A DNA stretch of 36,507 nucleotides from Macrostomum lignano (Eukaryota), in NCBI GenBank assembly GCA_002269645.1, contig NIVC01003155.1:1-36507 (forward strand). The letters run 5' to 3'. Below the pieces are notes generated by a model, which was not told the origin of the DNA, did no database searches, and saw only the letters and a list, made by a program, of their open reading frames with translations. Positions 32,201 to 36,507 of the stretch are shown in pieces. The translations under genes and the position numbers were made by a program. Numbering within the stretch: the stretch's first letter is position 1; each line of letters starts with the position of its first letter.

Positions 32201-35200
32201 AATGCCCCCCTCCCCCTGCTGTGCGTGACACACCCGTCCATCACTGCCGAGTCCTATAGCCAGCCTCTCCAGCTCCATCATCGCCTGTCCCCTCTCCCTG
32301 CCCCGCCCCGTCGCCAAGGAAGGCCTTGCTCTCCTCCTGCTGCTCCCCAGTTCCTTCTCTAGCTGTCTGCCCGGCAACCCTCAAGGAGGGAAACACTTTC
32401 TCCCTATAATGGCAAGTGTGAGAACTGAGGGATGTAGGGATTAAAATTACCAATGCAGTGGCTCACCTTTCGCCTTCCATCTGTTTTCTTACTGCCTATG
32501 CGGTGTATGCATACCGTTTATTACCCCAAACTTATCCCACTGAGTCCACTTAATCTGGGGCCATAGTGTTTAGCAATCCGTTATTTCCTTGATCCACGGG
32601 GGCCAACCGATCCCCAAGGCACAGAGTGTATTGATACTTTGCGACGAGACAGTCAAGGGCGCTGTACACCCTGTGTGTGTGTGTGCGCCTGCGCATGTAT
32701 CCATTGTTTGCGTGCTGCTCAGTGCGACAGTTGCCAAGCCGGGGCGTCGGGGCGAGTACCTGAAACGCTGGAGTTGAAGGGCCAATAAGAAAGTACAGAC
32801 TACTCCGGCTTTATTATCTCACTTTTCTCTTCCATCGTCACAATTGAGCTCAGCGCGCTCTCCCCTCTCTAGTTTTGGCTGAATGCCAGGAGGTCCAGGG
32901 AGAGGGAGCATGTATTCACTGGCCCTGTCAGTTGCCATGGAAACGGGCCGGGTGAGATCTCAATGCAAAGCATGGCTTGGCATAGAAGTGCAGCGCAGTG
33001 TATCTGGCTGGTGTGAGCGCCTATATGGGAGCCCGTGACAGATATTAGATAGTCACTTTTGTTCCCCTCTTCCCCCGAGATACCCCGGACTGCTGACAGA
33101 TAACATTTCACCGCCTTGCACAACTGAGCTAATGTTTGCGCTCTGCTAGAGTAATTAACTGCCTAGCTACCATAGGTAGTAATTGACAACTGGTCGAGGA
33201 AAACGGGAGCAAACACTTTGCCTCAACACTCAACACTGACATTGTATTCTTTCTTCTAAGTAAACTTGTCCTTGTTACTCGCCTCTATTTTCATTTATTC
33301 TTACTTAAGTTAGTATTTTAAAAGTACATCAGACCTGTGCGCACTATTAGAACTGAAGCTGTCTTTAATCCTAATTTGTTGAAAATATTAATTTCGCGTA
33401 GGTCAGGGGGTCGGCAAACTCCGGACCGCAAAGCCTCTCCATCCGACCCTCGGGTCCTTTGAAGCTTCGCAATAGCGATCCGGACTGCTCAAAGTTCGTG
33501 TCTCTTTTCAGCTCTCTTTCTCTTCTTTCCTTTTCTCTCTCCTCTTTCCTCTTTTATCTACTCTTACCACTATTCTCCCTCCCCTCTCTTCTTTCTTTTC
33601 TTTCCTCTCCTCTCCTCTCCTCTCTTTTCTCTCCCCTCTCTTGCCTTTTCTCTCTTCATCTTCTCTTCTCCTTCTCTCCTCCCATCTCTCGCCTCTCCTC
33701 TCCTCTCGTCTCTCATCTTCTATTCCTCCTCCTTATCTCTCATCTCGCCCTTGAGGTAAAAAAGTTTGCCGACCCCGGCGTAGATACTGCGCTAGAAAAC
33801 TATCAATATGAGGCATTATAACCCTCATTATTATTTTCATTTGTTGCCTTTGCCTATAGTGTTCGCCTGTATGCTGAACTTTTAGTGTAACATTTAGTTT
33901 TAACAATAAGCTTACTATTGATTTGAAATTGTTGTATTGTTAATCGATTGCAGCAGCTCTCAGCAACCGAATATTCGGATAACGTTGCCCAGGTAATCTA
34001 TAATCGAAGGCTGGACCAAGTTTCTATTTGCAAACAAAAAATTGTAGTTGTTCAGTTAAAAAGACAAGAACATTGAATGATTGTTTTCATTGGTTCCGTC
34101 ATCATTGTGCCACGCGTTCTGTTGTTCTGTACTGTACAGTTGTTTCAGAGCCAACAAGTGAAAGATAATTTAATTGAAAAGCTCATGTCAAACTAGTAAT
34201 ATCTTTAACCCTCTAAATTTTGACCATTGCTTTCGTCAGTCAATATGGACTCTGGAGATTTGAAAGTTGGGGATATGAAATCTGGGGAATTTCAAGTTCA
34301 GAAACTGTGAGTTTGGAAGCTAGCAAGATTTAAAGGGCGATGGTAGAAATATAATGTAAAGACTAATGCAATAGTACGAGACACAACCACAGCTATATTC
34401 TGTACAGGGTTTTTACGCTTATGCCTTTTTGGGGTGCATCGAGCAGATGAAATGTGGATTCGGGGCCGAGGGTCGCTCTCTCCCTGGTGTATTTCATTAT
34501 TAACAAAGCCCGTCGCCCTTCGCCACTACCACCCTCCTGGAGCCCGGCCGCTCATTCATTATTCATGACTAATCACGGAGTCTCTCGCGATGCGACCCCT
34601 ACTGTCTGTCTCAGCTTTCCTACGCCGGGCTTTTTATCTCACTTTATTGCTTGGTCTACCCGGACTAAACGCAATAAAATTAGCTTGATGTAGCAAAGCA
34701 GCAAAAATCTGCACCCGAAGGGATTAGCTGACCGCGGCTTATGTTTGCCTGAACCCTTGCCCAAGCTCATCCAGTTGTAGGCTGATAATGAAAGTTCTAT
34801 TGTGTAATATGCGATCCATTTATGACAGGTGTATAAACATTATTGCTTTGTATTTTTTAACGATTTGACTAATTGGCCTTGCTTGGCTAATGGCCATAGA
34901 GTATAGAATCTACGATCGAACTGAGAAACACTGTGTATCATTGAATGGCGGACAAGAAAATGGCGCCCGTTAGTGGGGCCATAGACTATAGAATCTACAA
35001 TCAATCCGAGAAACTATTTGTATTATTGACATTTTTATCCGGTGGGCAAGGAAACGGCGCCCATTATTGGGGCCATAGACTATAGAATCTAAAATCAAAC
35101 TATGAAACACTTTGTATCATTGACCTGTTCATCCGGCAGGCAAGGAAACGGCGCCCATTATTGGGGCCATAGACTATAGAATCTAAAATCAAACTATGAA

Positions 35201-36374
35201 ACACTTTGTATCATTGACCTGTTCATCCGGCAGGCAAGGAAACGGCGCCCGTTATTGGGGCCATAGACTATAGAATCTAAAATCAAACTATGAAACACTT
35301 TGTATCATTGACCTGTTCATCCGGCAGGCAAGGAAACGGCGCCCGTTATTGGGGCCATAGACTATAGAATCTAAAATCAAACTATGAAACACTTTGTATC
35401 ATTGACCTGTTCATCCGGCAGGCAAGGAAACGGCGCCCGTTATTGGGGCCATAGACTATAGAATCTAAAATCAAACTATGAAACACTTTGTATCATTGAC
35501 CTGTTCATCCGGCAGGCAAGGAAACGGCGCCCGTTATTGGGGCCATAGACTATAGAATCTAAAATCAAACTATGAAACACTTTGTATCATTGACCTGTTC
35601 ATCCGGCAGGCAAGGAAACGGCGCCCGTTATTGGGGCCATAGACTATAGAATCTAAAATCAAACTATGAAACACTTTGTATCATTGACCTGTTCATCCGG
35701 CAGGCAAGGAAACGGCGCCCGTTATTGGGGCCATAGACTATAGAATCTAAAATCAAACTATGAAACACTTTGTATCATTGACCTGTTCATCCGGCAGGCA
35801 AGGAAACGGCGCCCGTTATTGGGGCCATAGACTATAGAATCTAAAATCAAACTATGAAACACTTTGTATCATTGACCTGTTCATCCGGCAGGCAAGGAAA
35901 CGGCGCCCGTTATTGGGGCCATAGACTATAGAATCTACAATCAGTCCCAATGGCAATAAACCGTTTTAATAAGCGACATTTAACACTGGACCATGAACGA
36001 GATAGCCAGTGCGATTAGGGGATATAAAAACGTAAAAAATACTTTTATTTGAAGGCCCAGTTTTGCTTGATTATGCATTAAAGCAACAAGTACTGATGAA
36101 TTTCATTAGAATTGTCTGTCAAGTTAATTAAAATAACCTGCCAGCTGTCGTCGTATTGTCGATCCCCCCGATGCGTACAAAAGCGAAGACGGCTTGCGTA
36201 ATGTACCTCAACTGTCTGTCTAGTCGCTTCAATTCACTTTTTGCTTACTATATGGCAAAGATCGATAAATTTACTCCACGCATCTCTCTCGCTCATTCAG
36301 CTGGCCGGGACATCACGGACGAAAAACCTGGAGGACATGATCGAGTCCGGCAATCCGGCCATCTTCACCAGGGC
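26245..36374 (+). CDS. STX1A: Syntaxin-1 (plasma-membrane Qa-SNARE), 5' partial model; continues beyond the window
   Basis: Exons 26245-26298 ([18 protein letters not shown], invertebrate-type N-peptide), 27679-27877 ([19 protein letters not shown]...[13 protein letters not shown]), 29476-29550 ([25 protein letters not shown]), 29689-29762 ([10 protein letters not shown]...[11 protein letters not shown]), 31752-31860 ([16 protein letters not shown]...[11 protein letters not shown]) and 36301-36374 (GRDITDE...). All are GT-AG with consistent phases. The SNARE and transmembrane exons lie outside the window. Confidence 0.95.
27927..29298. repeat. 29-bp minisatellite in syntaxin intron 2 (~47 copies)
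   Basis: Unit gatcctcaggctgagccaccaacttctca, with an internal dyad CTCAG-G-CTGAG. Confidence 0.95.
33404..33777. mobile_element. hAT (Charlie-type) MITE with a CT-rich interior
   Basis: Termini cagggggtcggcaaact (33404) and agtttgccgaccccg (33763-33777). The 8-bp flanks gcgtaggt and gcgtagat match at 7/8 with a central TA, as expected for hAT-Charlie TSDs. No transposase ORF. Confidence 0.8.
34892..35940. repeat. 94-bp tandem repeat in syntaxin intron 5 (~11 copies)
   Basis: Unit starts ccatagactatagaatctaaaatcaaac at 35073, 35167, 35261 and onward to 35919 (period 94). The first two copies are diverged and the central copies are essentially identical. Confidence 0.95.
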
Positions 36375-36507
36375 GTGAGTCCATCATGAGCGAATTAATT
36401 TGTAGTTCTAAAACTGTCAATTTGGAGTGGATACTGAGACAGAATTATTCTTAAATGAAAACGAAGTCTCAGACAAACTTTTACTTAAACAAAAAATATG
36501 TTTGGTT

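Noticed and set aside
36093-36130. CTGATGA hammerhead ribozyme core
   Set aside because: There is no stem II followed by GAAA downstream.

Overview
Eukaryotic (invertebrate animal) genomic DNA, with no prokaryotic, CRISPR or rRNA content. There are four spliced protein-coding genes, arranged as two head-to-head pairs. The first pair is an acidic-tailed calmodulin-like EF-hand gene (-, 639-2095) and SCAI (+, 9 coding exons, 4431-13180). The second pair is a BTB-BACK-Kelch gene (-, 18068-23849) and syntaxin-1 (+, from 26245, running off the window). About 10 kb (roughly a quarter of the window) is tandem repeat: most long introns carry their own minisatellite, which explains most long ORFs in the supplied track. 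Two tRNA-derived SINE families and a hAT-type MITE are also present. The minisatellite-loaded introns resemble what is described for the flatworm Macrostomum, but that assignment is an unverified inference. The best leads are (i) the same 30-bp satellite in inverted orientation on both sides of SCAI exon 3, (ii) sharply bounded CpG-free, AT-rich zones downstream of a bidirectional promoter, and (iii) a full-length, unassigned SINE with a 14-bp target-site duplication. Several single-base indels in coding homopolymer runs suggest imperfect long-read consensus. All coordinates and counts were read by eye.
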